DNA of 64,000 nt, from positions 434,001-498,000 of the forward strand of contig QPGO01000007.1 in NCBI GenBank assembly GCA_008632985.1. Direction: 5' to 3'. Positions 1 to 11,930 of this stretch are shown here, in pieces (position 1 is the stretch's first letter; each line of letters begins with the position of its first letter). This DNA comes from Psammoneis japonica (Eukaryota). The notes below the pieces were generated by a model that was not told the origin of the DNA, did not search any database, and saw only the letters and a program-made list of their open reading frames with translations. The position numbers and the translations under genes are program-made.

Positions 1-608
1 ACTTAGCATACTCACCGAGGCAGCTGTCAGCTACTAGTAGTGCATCAGTGGGTGGGCCTGCTTATTTCCGCGTCGTAGTTACGGTAGTACCGCTCACTTA
101 CAATGAAGCAATTTTCTTTCTTTACCGGCACCTCTATCTTCATCTGCCAGCCTAGAGTAGAAACATGAAAGCTAACCTCTCTTTTGTGAGAAGGGAGAAG
201 GGAATGCCTTCGTCTGGTGTACTGGGTACACAGCGGACGAGAACAGACTTTTTTCAGATCTGGCCGGCGTGCGTACAGTACCGTACGTGCCGGCGCGGGG
301 AGGCCCTCCCTCCATTTTACCTGATAATTAACGCTAATTATCGCCATCTCCATGACTATCGATAAATGAGATAAAGACGTTAATTCAACGGATCAAAGAT
401 ATTTTGAAAAATCATCGTTGTCACGACAAAACGGCAGAGGGAGGTCGCATTGAGGGATAAATAACGGCGATCCGCTTTTTTTATGCACTCTCTTCTTCTT
501 TCGGCAACGTGGTTCGATTTTCGATCCACCCAATCCAAACCCGCTACGACTAAACCCCACGTTGTATTGAGACTTTAAATCGCTCCTTATATTGGTGGTC
601 CATGGGCA

Positions 609-1652
609 ATGGCGCCGTCAGAGGTAGCAGCAGGACTGGGAAAAATGACATTATGTAAAGAAAATGTAGAAAATCATGTCAGCAGTCAGAACGGTGTGAA
701 TGGCAGTCGCGTTTTCAATAACAACGATAAGCCGCAGGAAATGAGAATAAAGACGTCGCTCGGGGACGCTGCCGTTCATGTTTACAACCCAGGAAATACA
801 GAGAAGAATGATTATTTAAGCACACCGTTTCAGAAAAACGAGGCTTTCAATGACGAAATGCCTCTGGAAGTAACGATAAAGACCGCGCATGGAGATACTG
901 CCGTTCATGTGTACAACCCAGAAGCAACCGAAACTGTGGTACTTGCACATGGATGTGGGGGTAAGAAGGAACAGTTTCGAAAGGGGCGCATGGCACAGCG
1001 CTTGGCATCCAAATTCCGAGTGATTACGTTTGATTGGTATGGACACGGAACGTCTCCTCCTTGTCCAGAAAATTACAGAAAGGAGGAGTTTCTTGAGCAA
1101 CTGAATTGCATAGTTGATGTGATGGTTCCTTTGGGAGAAACTATTCACCTTTATGGTTTCTCCATGGGCTGCTTTTTGACACTTCACTATGCTGCAATGT
1201 TTCCGCACCGTGTGCGTCGCTTGGTGCTCCATTCTCCGTGGAACGCAGAGACAAGCATATTTGCACCGGGGACCAAATCGGCTGTAAGAATTCCGTTGTT
1301 TGGGATTGCTGGCTTGGCTGTAGTTCGTCATACTTCGTTTCCTTTCTGTCATAATGCTGCTACATTCAAACGAATCCTACTGACTCTGGGTGAAGGGAAT
1401 AAAGCATGGCATAAATTACTGAGTCGCCTTTCCATTGTGGGAGGAGACACGCTAGAGATGATGCTCATTTGTGGCTCGGGAGAGACTCCATTTTACCGAG
1501 TGGCGAAAGAAATCGACAAGGAGTTTGAGGGTTCATCTCAATTGTTTGTTTACCCAAAGTCGCAACACATGTCGTGGTGCGAAAAATGGGACCAACCCGT
1601 TGGTAGCTACTTTCGAAACCGCATTTACGATTTTTTGGCCAAACAGGACTGA
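609..1652 (+). CDS. Alpha/beta-fold hydrolase
   Basis: 347-aa ORF with VVLAHG, FDWYGHG and nucleophile elbow G-F-S-M-G; C-terminal His (SQHM). N-terminus carries a duplicated IKT.xGDxAVHVYNP segment. Confidence 0.85.
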   Translation: MAPSEVAAGLGKMTLCKENVENHVSSQNGVNGSRVFNNNDKPQEMRIKTSLGDAAVHVYNPGNTEKNDYLSTPFQKNEAFNDEMPLEVTIKTAHGDTAVHVYNPEATETVVLAHGCGGKKEQFRKGRMAQRLASKFRVITFDWYGHGTSPPCPENYRKEEFLEQLNCIVDVMVPLGETIHLYGFSMGCFLTLHYAAMFPHRVRRLVLHSPWNAETSIFAPGTKSAVRIPLFGIAGLAVVRHTSFPFCHNAATFKRILLTLGEGNKAWHKLLSRLSIVGGDTLEMMLICGSGETPFYRVAKEIDKEFEGSSQLFVYPKSQHMSWCEKWDQPVGSYFRNRIYDFLAKQD

Positions 1653-1664
1653 CTACTGTATCAG

Positions 1665-2240
1665 GGAGCCCAGTCAATTATCAATAGAAGACTTAATTAT
1701 ATCACATAGCATCGCACTATGAACTGAACAGCCCACTCCTTCTAGCTCTCTAGCCTATTGAACAAGGACAAGCTACCAAGTAGCCCTACAAGAAATCAGT
1801 CAAAGAGATTAGTTTCTTTGCGTCACTTTATGCTCTTTTACAGCCCTAGCCATCTCACAATTATTGTAATCCAATCAATGACGAGTAGACAAGATATTCT
1901 TATCGTTGCGTCAGGGTACGAATAGAACGGCTTACTCCTAGGCCCTACATACTGGCACTATGTACAATGACCAAGGAATGACTAACTGGTAACCCAATCA
2001 AGAAGACATGCATACCATAGCGTCATATTTTGTACTGGATGGCTTGCTCCTACTGTGGTAGCTTTAGCCTATCGACTGAGGACTGACTTACAGGGTATCC
2101 CAATCATTGATCAAAAGAAGAGTGTCTTACTGTTTTGAATTGAGTAGTCTACTAGCCCTAGCTTATCAAGCTTGCAGGCAGCCCAATCAATGATCAAGAT
2201 TATCATCTTAGCGTCGCGTTATGAACTGAATAGCCTACTG
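1665..2240. repeat. Degenerate tandem repeat (about 5-6 units of ~100-120 bp) between convergent genes
   Basis: Recurrent CCCAATCAA(T)...TAGCGTC...TATGAACTGAA.AGCC.ACT words at ~1669, 1870, 1993, 2099, 2182. Confidence 0.55.
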
Positions 2241-2279
2241 AAAATTACTACTAGCTAGCATGTTGATTCAATAGCTTGC

Positions 2280-3352
2280 TTACAAGGCACTCTTGCCGGT
2301 CAATGCATACGTGAGCTGGTCTGCAAGCGTCAAACTGATAATCGAGTAGGGAGCAAGCTTGACAAAGGCGGGCGTGAAACCCGAATACAAGACTAGAATG
2401 CCCTCTCTGCGAACGCTGGTGACAAAACAGTCAATCATTCCACTGTACATGGCGGTTCCGTCTGCAGCGATTGCCATGTTTTGAACACGGGACTTGCACA
2501 CATCGAATGGGTTTGCAACAATGTTTGCAACAAAGGAAGAAAAGAGTGTGGCGCAAAACATGAGGGGCAGTCCATAAAACATTTCGCCTTGCTTTCCAAA
2601 GATACCGCTCTTGGTGAGCTGATTCTTGGCTTCCGATGTGACTCCCAGCGAGCACGCGGAAAGCAACGTGGCACGAGCCACCGTCGGGGAAGCGCCTCGC
2701 CACATGCTTGTAATTCCTTCTTCGCGAGCAATACGGACAAGACAGTCCACTACATTTTTGTAGTTTCGTCGTTCGGCTTCAGGGAGTTTCGAGTCGGCAG
2801 ACATGCGGACGAGCGCAAGTTCCGAGGGTGTTCCCACAAAGCTACCAATTCCTCCAGAGATGAATCCCATGCTGAGTTTCTTTCCAAAGGAAATGTCGTT
2901 CTTGTCGCGACCCATGGCCTCGTTGTTGAGTTGTGCCTTTTCGAGTAAATTGGCATAAATGCCAATGCGGCAACTCCCGTACAGCCACTGCCGCAAATAG
3001 GCAGCAGAGACACCAGCATACAGGCCGCTTCGTAGTCCTGCGCGAGAATAGATTTGCCCAGCAGCATCTAGAGTATGACGATAGTGTGCTCCTTCGGTCT
3101 GCATCTGGACACGCACGACATCCAACTGTAGTACGCACATATAATAGATACAGGGTGAGTAAACAACAGATCTGCGGGTATGATCATGCGCACATCAGCT
3201 AAACTCTTCGAACTCACTGGATGACAAAACGTTGCAGCTCCCATGCCTGAAACGGCGGCAAGCACCATACGTTGCGATAAGGGTATCGCAATGTTTGGCG
3301 TCGTTGCCACTGCTGTCTGCTTGTCGGTAGTAGCGGGAGACGAGGAGGTCAT
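2280..3352 (-). CDS. Mitochondrial carrier (SLC25), 2-oxoglutarate/malate or dicarboxylate carrier type; intron 3126-3217
   Basis: Three Px[DE]xx[KR] signatures (spliced PLDVVR, PSELALVR, PFDVCK); LYAGVSAAYLRQ and RRNYKN motifs; GT...AG intron joins FCHP to LDVVR in frame. Confidence 0.9.
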
Positions 3353-4132
3353 GGTTGACACGATGGAATGATGCGAAACCTGCCAAAAAAGCCGCGAAAG
3401 TGATGTTTTTGCGTGCTTTTGAAGGGGGGCGGGCGGACGCGTCGTCCGTGATGCGTGATGTCTTTGCTTCTGCATTTTCATTGGCTGGAATGTTTGTTCA
3501 AATTTATACGGATTGGTAGGTTTTGTATTCGATGACCATCTGCAATTCCTCCTGAAGATTTCCCCCTATGTATCCTTCAAGATTCTGGATTCCTATTACT
3601 GTACCGTACGATCAGAGCGCATTTTGTGTCCCACGCCGCCAACGGATACAGTACCGTGCGCCCCAGCTCTCAACTTCTAGAGAGGCCAGCTAAGTCCGAT
3701 AATAGTTGCTACCGTAGCTAGAGTCTAGGGAGATAAAGGGAGTTACTATCTCCAGCTTATCAGAGAAGAGTAAGGTTAGAGATTCACAAATAATGCGCAT
3801 CATTCAGAAACCAGGATCTACAAAAAAGTGTTCACACCAATTTTTATAATGACACGCTCTAGTCTAGCTAGCGCTTCTAAAGTACCCACGGGAAGCGGAC
3901 TTAACGAAACCTCGTGTATACGTATTGTCACTCTACCTACCTGAAGCCACGTGAAAGTTGTGTTAACCACTAGAAAGTTGTGTGAACAATTGTGTTTTAA
4001 AACACAACTTTCACGTGGCTTTCGGTAGGGAGCGAAGTCAGTATGGAACAGGTTGGGTCTCTTGCAATGAATCTGAATCATGACTAACGTGCAAAACAGA
4101 ATAATCAACATGGAACTCCACAACAAACCACT

Positions 4133-5164
4133 TCAAATATCTCCGTCATAATAGGAAGAGTCTCCGCTGATGGAACTAATCGCGTCGTTTTCAAACGGAG
4201 AATCCCATTGAGACGAGGGTTCTTCAGACGATGTTCCAGAGAGTTCATTGGATTGTTCTTCGGTCGCTGAGAGGCGACAATCCGTCTTCTTGAGCTCTTT
4301 TTTACGCTTGAAACAGCGGGGAAACACCATAAACACAAAGCCCAGAATAGTCAGGCAAATCAAAACGGCCGAGACAGATGCTACAATTGCCAACCAAGTG
4401 CGATCATCGTCGCCATTGCCTGAATCATCTTGTGGTGCTGCATTTCCTTGCAACTCTGTGAATTCCACCAAGACCTTGCTGCACCACTTGGACAAGACGG
4501 GATCCGTCGAGTTGGAAAGGGCATGGATAAAGTCAGAGCTCTCGAGTGCTGCTTGGCTGACGCCATTCAAGGTTTCCTGCAAAGGCGGAGTCGTAACATT
4601 GGGAGCAAAGTAGAGACTTTCGAGCAATTGCAATGTCAGCACATCCACTTTTTCAGCGTTTAGATTGGATAGCACCAACATTTCAAGTCCGGAGGGCTGT
4701 TGATGACTTGGTAAAACGGTCGAGTATGCTTTCAGCAAAAACTCTTTGATCACTTCTACCAAATTGACTTGGCGTTCCTGTACACGACGATTTCGATCAC
4801 GATGCCCCAGCAAAAATTTGATCGTCATGGGCGAAAGTGTCACTGTGGCGTGCTTACTTTGGTCGGGTCCCACACAAGTTGCTGTGTCGTCATCATGCAC
4901 ACTGCTCTGACAAATGCAGTATGGATGCAAGCAACATGGCGCAGAACCATCTCGAGTTGTAAGCGATTTGCAATCGTCATCTGTCGTGCACGGAATCACT
5001 GTTTCATTAACGGTTGACTCTCTTTGAAATACATTATTTGAATCCTCGTTTGGGCATTTCAGTTCTAGCTGTTGACGTTGTGTCTTCTCAGCCTGAAGTT
5101 TGCCACCTGCTTTTACCAGAATAGAAGCGATGCTCATCATCAATATGGAAAGAAAGAGCTTCAT
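4133..5164 (-). CDS. Single-pass membrane protein with signal peptide and Cys-rich CTTDDDC...CCLHPYCxC module
   Basis: MKLFLSILMM signal peptide, Cys cluster, C-terminal TM helix (WLAIVASVSAVLICL...), acidic tail; paralog of 5918-7277. Confidence 0.75.
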   Translation of the reverse strand: MKLFLSILMMSIASILVKAGGKLQAEKTQRQQLELKCPNEDSNNVFQRESTVNETVIPCTTDDDCKSLTTRDGSAPCCLHPYCICQSSVHDDDTATCVGPDQSKHATVTLSPMTIKFLLGHRDRNRRVQERQVNLVEVIKEFLLKAYSTVLPSHQQPSGLEMLVLSNLNAEKVDVLTLQLLESLYFAPNVTTPPLQETLNGVSQAALESSDFIHALSNSTDPVLSKWCSKVLVEFTELQGNAAPQDDSGNGDDDRTWLAIVASVSAVLICLTILGFVFMVFPRCFKRKKELKKTDCRLSATEEQSNELSGTSSEEPSSQWDSPFENDAISSISGDSSYYDGDI

Positions 5165-5917
5165 TTTTCGTCTCTTACTGCAGCGGCACCAGAAACAACA
5201 AGAACTATGTCTAGAGAGAGGTACCAGTCTTTTCAATACCGTTTTGAAGTCTGCGAACAGAATTCGGACTCACTGCTGTTGCTTTCTCAAGAAACTGATT
5301 CTCAAGGACAGATTTTCTTGAAGCAGTTTAGTTCAATCTTTGAGCAACTTTGCCGTTGTAAGTCGTCGATCGGGTACTTTCTCACCTCTATTCTTTGAAC
5401 GTCGCACGGTATTCGCGTATTCGTGTCGTGACGTTCATGCGGTGATGCACAAACCCACCCCGGGGACGACGTGCCGTGATACGGTACACGTGATGCGTGG
5501 AACAAGCGGTCCTTCGATTCTTTTTGATTTTTTGATTTGAATGCGAAGGCGGGTTGCGCGCCAAAAATCTTAACGCTTGATCTATTCAATTCGTATTCAT
5601 AATTATATATAAGTATATGTCTAAAGCGGGAACAAGTATTCAAAATCAATTAACGACTATGGTTTTTTGAATGCAGGCTTCCTATGTTTGAACGTCTAAA
5701 TGATTGAAGAAATCAAATAAAATAATATGCAAAATGAGTGCATGCAACGGACGTTTGGTCCAGAGTGGTCTGGTTTGGTCCGCTCCAAAACAGCTCCGGC
5801 TTTGGTCCTTTATCGATGCTGTCAACAACCTCTCGGATACACTGTAGATCTAGCTTTTTCTTTCAACAGACAGCTTCGTCTCTCCAATAGAGAGCGAAAA
5901 GGAACATTGAAAAAGTA

Positions 5918-7277
5918 TCAAACTGATCCTTGTTTCGAATGCTTCGAGGCACCATCGCCAGGTGAGGCTTTCAACAGGTCATCGGATGCGACGACATCGG
6001 CTTTGCAATCGGCTAGCCAGGACCCACTTGCAATGGAACTAATGCAGTCCTGCTCGCACGAAGTGTCAATTATGATAGAATGATCGATAGGCGAATCTTC
6101 ACCAAATTCTTCAGAGCTCGTGCTTTTGCTCTCAACATGTTTGGATTCTTCGCCATCGTTCGTGCGGGGACAAAAAACGAAAGCAAATGCCACAATCACC
6201 AGAATGAGTAATACGGCACCAACGCATATCAAAACAATAACCAACCATGTGTTAATGGCATCATCGTTATCGCCTGACTCTTGTCGCATAGTGCCACCGT
6301 CCAGCATTGTGAATTCAAGCGAAACCTGTCTAGATCTTGTCAAGACTGGATCTCCAGACTCTCTAAGAACTCTCACAAAATCATGACTCTCGAGTGCTGT
6401 CTTTGTAACAATATTTAATGAACCTTGTGATGGTGGGCTTGCAACGTCAAAATCAAAGTACACGCTGCTCAAAAGGCGTGTCTCCAGTACCTCCATATCT
6501 GTTTCTCGCATTTCAGACAATACGAGTAGTTGAATGTCTGATACCTGTTGTTCCGGTGGCAAGCTTGTAGAGTATGCCTCGAAGAGATAGTCTTTCATCA
6601 ATCCTACCAATTTGTCTTGGCTTTGTAACAAATACCGACTCCTTCTTGAACGCCCCAGAAAGAAGGTGAGTACCATGGGGGAGAGGACAACAGGAGTGAG
6701 ATCGTCGTAGGTTGGATTTGTAGGTACCAACGGTTGTGGAGATGGAGCCTCTAGTTCTACAACTCCAAGAAACATTGTTGGAGTCATCGAAGGTGCAAGA
6801 GTTTCAACAGGGCCGGGTGATACAGATGGCACTGGTTTCGTCAGCTGGATCATATCTAGACAGGTGGTGCCATCATGGTTCAAACTGCTTTCGCAAACGC
6901 AGTATGGATGCAAACAACAAGGAGGAGACCCGTCTTTTGGGACGAATAATCGACAATCATCGTCGGTCGTGCAAGGAACGAGTTCCGAGTTGATGACGGA
7001 TGGATGGCTTTGAAACAGTTCTGAAATTGCATTTGGACATTTCAATTCTTCTTCTGCACGTCGGGCTTGTTCGTTGTCCTACGAAAAATCAGCGGAAGAA
7101 ACAAAAGTGAGAGGTTTGGGTATAGAGGACAGAGGTGGAGTTGAAATCGGAGCAGCCCAGATTCTTCTCGAGGTAGCTCACCTCTAGTTTATGTAGCTCC
7201 GTCTGAGTGCGCAAGCCGTGACTCGCTCCTGCGAGAGAAATGACATACACGGATGAACTCAAACCCACAAACCTCAT
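5918..7277 (-). CDS. Paralogous single-pass membrane protein; intron 7079-7181
   Basis: Signal peptide MRFVGLSS, GT-AG intron splices in frame to DNEQARR...LKCPN; same Cys module, P/T-rich linker and TM helix as upstream paralog. Confidence 0.75.
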
Positions 7278-7864
7278 TTTTGTTCTACACAACTGATTTC
7301 TCAACCAAAAGAGTCTTTAGCAAAATCAAGATGTAAAGCCTGTTTAAAAACGATAAAATACAACGAAAACAGAGTATGGCGCTATGATTAGCATCAATTT
7401 GTTCATCTTTCGAAGCAAACCATCGTCCTTACCGTCTTCAATCCTGTCAATGATGTTCATCATGCGCGATTGCTGATCTTGGCAGGATGTGGCGGGAAGA
7501 TGATTCCAAGATACCGCCTGCCTGCGCCTTTCTGCTGGTAGGCTGGCCAGCCGTCATTAACATTAAAGCATGAGTAATTTAAATGTTAATTTATCCGTTG
7601 GAACACTTCAACGTAAAACCATTTGAAATTTCATAATATTTTCCTAGATACATTTTTTGATAATATATATACTTCAATAAATTTATTCAAAAACTTATTC
7701 GTTGATGAATAACCATGGTTAGCCACGCATTTGAAAGATCGCCACATCCTTGCTTTGCGCGCTCTGCTTCCAGCTTCAAATCTCTGAAATCTGTCAATGA
7801 AATATCCAGAAGTCTCATCACTCTTCATCATACTGTAGCGCAAAAGACGACAACGCTGTTTAAG

Positions 7865-9269
7865 ATGGACCCGCACACTGATATTGGACGAAAGGCCTTT
7901 GATGTTTACTGCCAACAGGTTGTAGTGAATGCCGTCGAGACGAGCCAACATCTCTTCAAGGAAAATCAAGGTCTCCAAGCGCTCCACGATCAACTCGTGG
8001 GGCTTGAGATTTTTGTGAAAAGGGAGAAAAGGTTCGAGGGAACCGTCTTGTCATTTGACGAGGAGAACGAGACCGGTTTTGTCTACAAGTTGGTCGATGT
8101 GGAGCCCTTTCCTCACGAACAACTCAGTCAGCTGCATGTGGTCGTTTCGGGTCGTAGCGTATCCAACGACGGACTGCGCTTGTTCTCGGGCAACAAGATT
8201 GACGTCATTGGCGTAGAAGGTCAAAACGTTCGTATTTCCATTCGGTACGGCACCCAGGTCGTATTGAACGGCATCATGGAGAGTTTGTCAGGGACGGTAG
8301 AGGAAGTCATGCAAATGTATCAAGCAAATCGAATGATGATGTTTTTTGGTCAAATGGGTTTCATCAACGGTGAAACCGGGGAACCATTGAGGCTTGGCTG
8401 GCTAAATAACGATACTTGCCTAGAAGGGTCAATGGTTCGACTGGAATCACTGCAGTTGACGAAAAGCTTTGTTTTTCCGGTGCGACACTTGGACTCGAAA
8501 ACCCCCATGAGTCACGCCAACTGCGTTGTCTCTAAAGAACTGCACCAAATTTCCCAAAATTTGCCGCAGCACCAGAAAGAACATTGGTCCTCTAGCTCAG
8601 GAGTACTCACTCGAAGCTCTTCAGAATGCAGCGCTTCAAGCTACGCGAAAGATTGTTGACTCGGTAGGTGTGTCGTACTCTGGAAAGTCTTGGCAGCTTC
8701 AACTTTCCAATGGAGAGCGCTCGGCTTTTCTTCATAGCACGAGTGAAAACGCAGAGGCGTGGGAGATTAAGTTCTCACCTGACGAGGAGGCCTTGGTTCC
8801 TTTAACATCACTTATGGAGCTGAGAATCAAATTGGGCATTGTTCCGCTCAAGGAAGATGGAGTGGGCTTTATTGGGAGCTCAGCTCAGTTTTCTCCCAAC
8901 GGTAGCGTCATGGTTGTCAAGTATAATCATGTCGTCGAGTTCATGTTTGGAGTCTTTACCGAGAGCTGGGACGCCCTTAATGTGGAGGAAACCCTGAATG
9001 GACTCGGTTTTTTCCATTGGATTGCGTTTATGATTCAATATCGTGGGCAAAATGGTACAGGCGGATCCACGATGCTTCACAACGACCAACCCATTCCCGA
9101 CTACACAGGTCCCACCCTTTACGTGCGGTTGTTATCGGTCAAGCTTCATCTGGGAATGGTTTCTAGTACTCTGGATAGCTTGAATATCGACCATGCTGCA
9201 GATAGCAACGAGGAAAACGAGAGCAGCAACCACAGCGAGGAACACAAAGAAGAACCAGAAGAGGAATAA
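7865..9269 (+). CDS. Hypothetical protein (frameshift ~8470-8530), apparently two related halves
   Basis: Overlapping ORFs 7715-8659 and 8526-9269 with protein-like composition; both halves end in ...VRL.S..L; no family recognised. Confidence 0.55.
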
Positions 9270-9545
9270 GGCTTTTCTTCTAGTTCTTGCACGGCTCTGC
9301 TTGAATGTATTTAGTTTCTTGTCCAGAAGCCCCTGGTTGTGTGCTTCTTGCATCCCGAGTGTGCCTGTTGATTACTGCGTTACTTCAGTATCTAACTCTC
9401 TAGTTCTTATTCGTGTTTTGGAAGGGGAAATAAAAAGTTTTGCTTTCTTCTCTAAAGTTAGTACTAGAAGATCAAGAAACGAGTGTTTCGGAGCGTAACA
9501 TCATACCAGTAGCCAAGCAGTCTCCTCTCTAGATAGCGAATCCAA

Positions 9546-10478
9546 TCAGTTTGCTGCAGTCCGAGCGACAGCGCTCGCGTAGCTGACACTGCTGTCACGA
9601 GCAGATTGCACGCTGGAGCTCTGTGCATACCTCACAAACCTAACTCCCAGCAAATCACGCTTGGCTTCGCGATTGACTTGTACCGCATTCAGCCAAACAG
9701 AAATAGGGTGTCTCCCGCAAATTGTGTTTGAAGTTTGTTTGAGATACAACGCAAAAGCGCCAGGATCTTGCATCTCTATGTGTCCCATACCAGTTCGATC
9801 CATTTCTTCAATATGCTCAAATATTTGCTTCCCCGATGACGAAACCGGTTGGTAACGAAATCGACTTCCCCAGTGACAGAAATCACTAGACACGACACAG
9901 AGCACAGATGGTCGTGCCAAAATGGGTGCCAGTATTTTCCCAAATGCCTGCTCCTTACTTGTACTTATCCCTCCAACCATGATGGGAAGTACTTTGACTG
10001 AATGCAGCTTGCTTGTTTCCTTGAGAGCCTTGGCAATATATGGGAACTGCATCTCTCCCGAATGTTCTTCTTCGTCTGCTGACTTTTCCATTGTGCTGAA
10101 CTTGTTGGTCGCCAGTAGCTCCTTTCGAATTTCATCATCCGCTATTAAATTTCCCAAAGGAGTTTCAAGCTCGCTAGCATTGGATATTGCACACCCATCT
10201 AAATAGACGTGGTGCGATGGATGCAGAACTACAATATGTCGAATCGAGTTATTCTGATTGGAAGAAGAAAGCGCATCCGTTAGAGCTTTGTACGCATAGG
10301 CTGCGGTTGGTCCAGAGTAGGAATATCCTGCGTGAGGAACTACCAAACCTCGGATGTCCCCGGTCGTATCACTATCATCCTGATCTTCTGAAGCTTGTCT
10401 TAGGTACGTGGCAAGCGTCTCGTTGAGCTCAGCTGGTGAGTCGTCGTACCACGAACCAGCATGATGTGCACGTCTCAC
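9546..10478 (-). CDS. MEMO1: MEMO1 / AmmeMemoRadiSam protein B family
   Basis: RRAHHAGSWY, PHAGYSYSG, PSHH, EHSGEMQ, SSDFCHWG, NTICGRHPI and SVSYAS motifs; exact start uncertain. Confidence 0.93.
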   Translation of the reverse strand: MRRAHHAGSWYDDSPAELNETLATYLRQASEDQDDSDTTGDIRGLVVPHAGYSYSGPTAAYAYKALTDALSSSNQNNSIRHIVVLHPSHHVYLDGCAISNASELETPLGNLIADDEIRKELLATNKFSTMEKSADEEEHSGEMQFPYIAKALKETSKLHSVKVLPIMVGGISTSKEQAFGKILAPILARPSVLCVVSSDFCHWGSRFRYQPVSSSGKQIFEHIEEMDRTGMGHIEMQDPGAFALYLKQTSNTICGRHPISVWLNAVQVNREAKRDLLGVRFVRYAQSSSVQSARDSSVSYASAVARTAAN

Positions 10479-10769
10479 ATAAATCTTGAAGACGGTGTCT
10501 TTTTATCTTTTTTGTTCCACGCAAACATTATGAAAGTAAATTGTCCAGTAAGTTGACGAGATTCTTCGTTTTTGTCGTTGCTGCTGTTGCTATTGCTATC
10601 CACTCAGAACGGCAGTTCTTTTGTGAAATATGCCATGGGCCATGGTTTCGCGCGTGTCGTGTGTGCCAGTGTCGATGGGCTTTGAGCCACTGTGCTACTA
10701 ATTCATCTGCTGGGTTCTATTCTCATTCTATCTATTCTATCTATCTACTGTGTCTATTTTCTCTGTTCT

Positions 10770-11710
10770 ATTCCGTGCGTGCACACAACATGATGTGTGC
10801 CAGCAGCTCCTCCTTGGTCGCACAGCTTGTTGTTAACGCAAGCACCATTGCCCAAGCACCACTGCAACAATTGAGTTTACAGTGCGCCGAGCAAAGGCCT
10901 GCTGGCTGTTGACTTTGAAAGCAGCAGCACCAGCTCTCTCGCACGATCATGATGCTGGAGAAGTGGGCGTGTGCTCTTGACAGAACGACAGCAGTTGAGC
11001 CAGCTGGGAGGGGGTTGGACCCTGACTCTGACACCCCTCACTGGCAGTTGAATCAGAGAGGGTGTGCTCTTCCACACCAGTTGTCAGAAGGCTTGGCAAG
11101 CTCAGTGCCCCACAGGCTGCCAGAAGGGATGAGTGGAGTGAGATTTTCTTGGAGGGGGGGGGGGGGGGGCATTGCATTTGGCACTTCTTTCACAGGATGG
11201 CTCATCCTTCAAGATGGCTGTTTGTTGGAAGCTTGTGACAGAAGCACAACAGTCATTGCTGAGGACCCAGGCTGCTTGCAACATTGTGGTGGCCTCTGCA
11301 AGGATGACTGCACACCTGATGTTGTCTCAGAGTTTGGTCATCTTCAACACTTTGCACATCAGAAGCAGAATGCAAGAGCTGCCTTTGCATGAGGCATGGC
11401 AAGGAGGTGGACTGAGTCATTGCAGCATGCCAACTTGCTGATCAACACAAGCCCTTGCTTTCACAAGTTGAAAATTCGGGCATGCTCCCTCTCTTTCGTT
11501 TGAGGGTGTCTGAAAAGCAACATGTGTCCCGTTGCTGCCATCTTCTTTTTCTCAAAGAAAATCCATTGGCTGTCTTGGATGGTGTAGAGCTTCAGCACCA
11601 CGCACAGCAGACGAGAGAGGACACAAGAGCGGGACAAGTGATTTTCTCGGGAGCTCAGGATGAGGGCGAATGTGGGGATGTCTGCGCTGCTTCACACTGT
11701 GATGTTTAGT
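10770..11710. other. CpG- and TpA-depleted (hypermutated) island of unknown origin
   Basis: Almost no TA or CG for ~0.9 kb, TG/CA-rich; left edge abuts a (TTCTA/TCTA)-like microsatellite at ~10715-10772. Confidence 0.8.
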
Positions 11711-11930
11711 GCGACAAGCACGTCGCGTCGAGCAACGAACACCAGCAGAGATCGCGGAGTAACTTTTCAAGGAGAAACTATCAAAGAATCAAACTCGTTG
11801 TACCGGTAAAGCGTCGCCTACTAGAGACATTTCCGTATAACAAAGCTACATTATAGCGACCTACGTAGTAAGCATAGTCAGAAATTGCAACGTTGTCAAC
11901 CTCCGCCTTTCAAAGTTTTCTCCCATCAAC

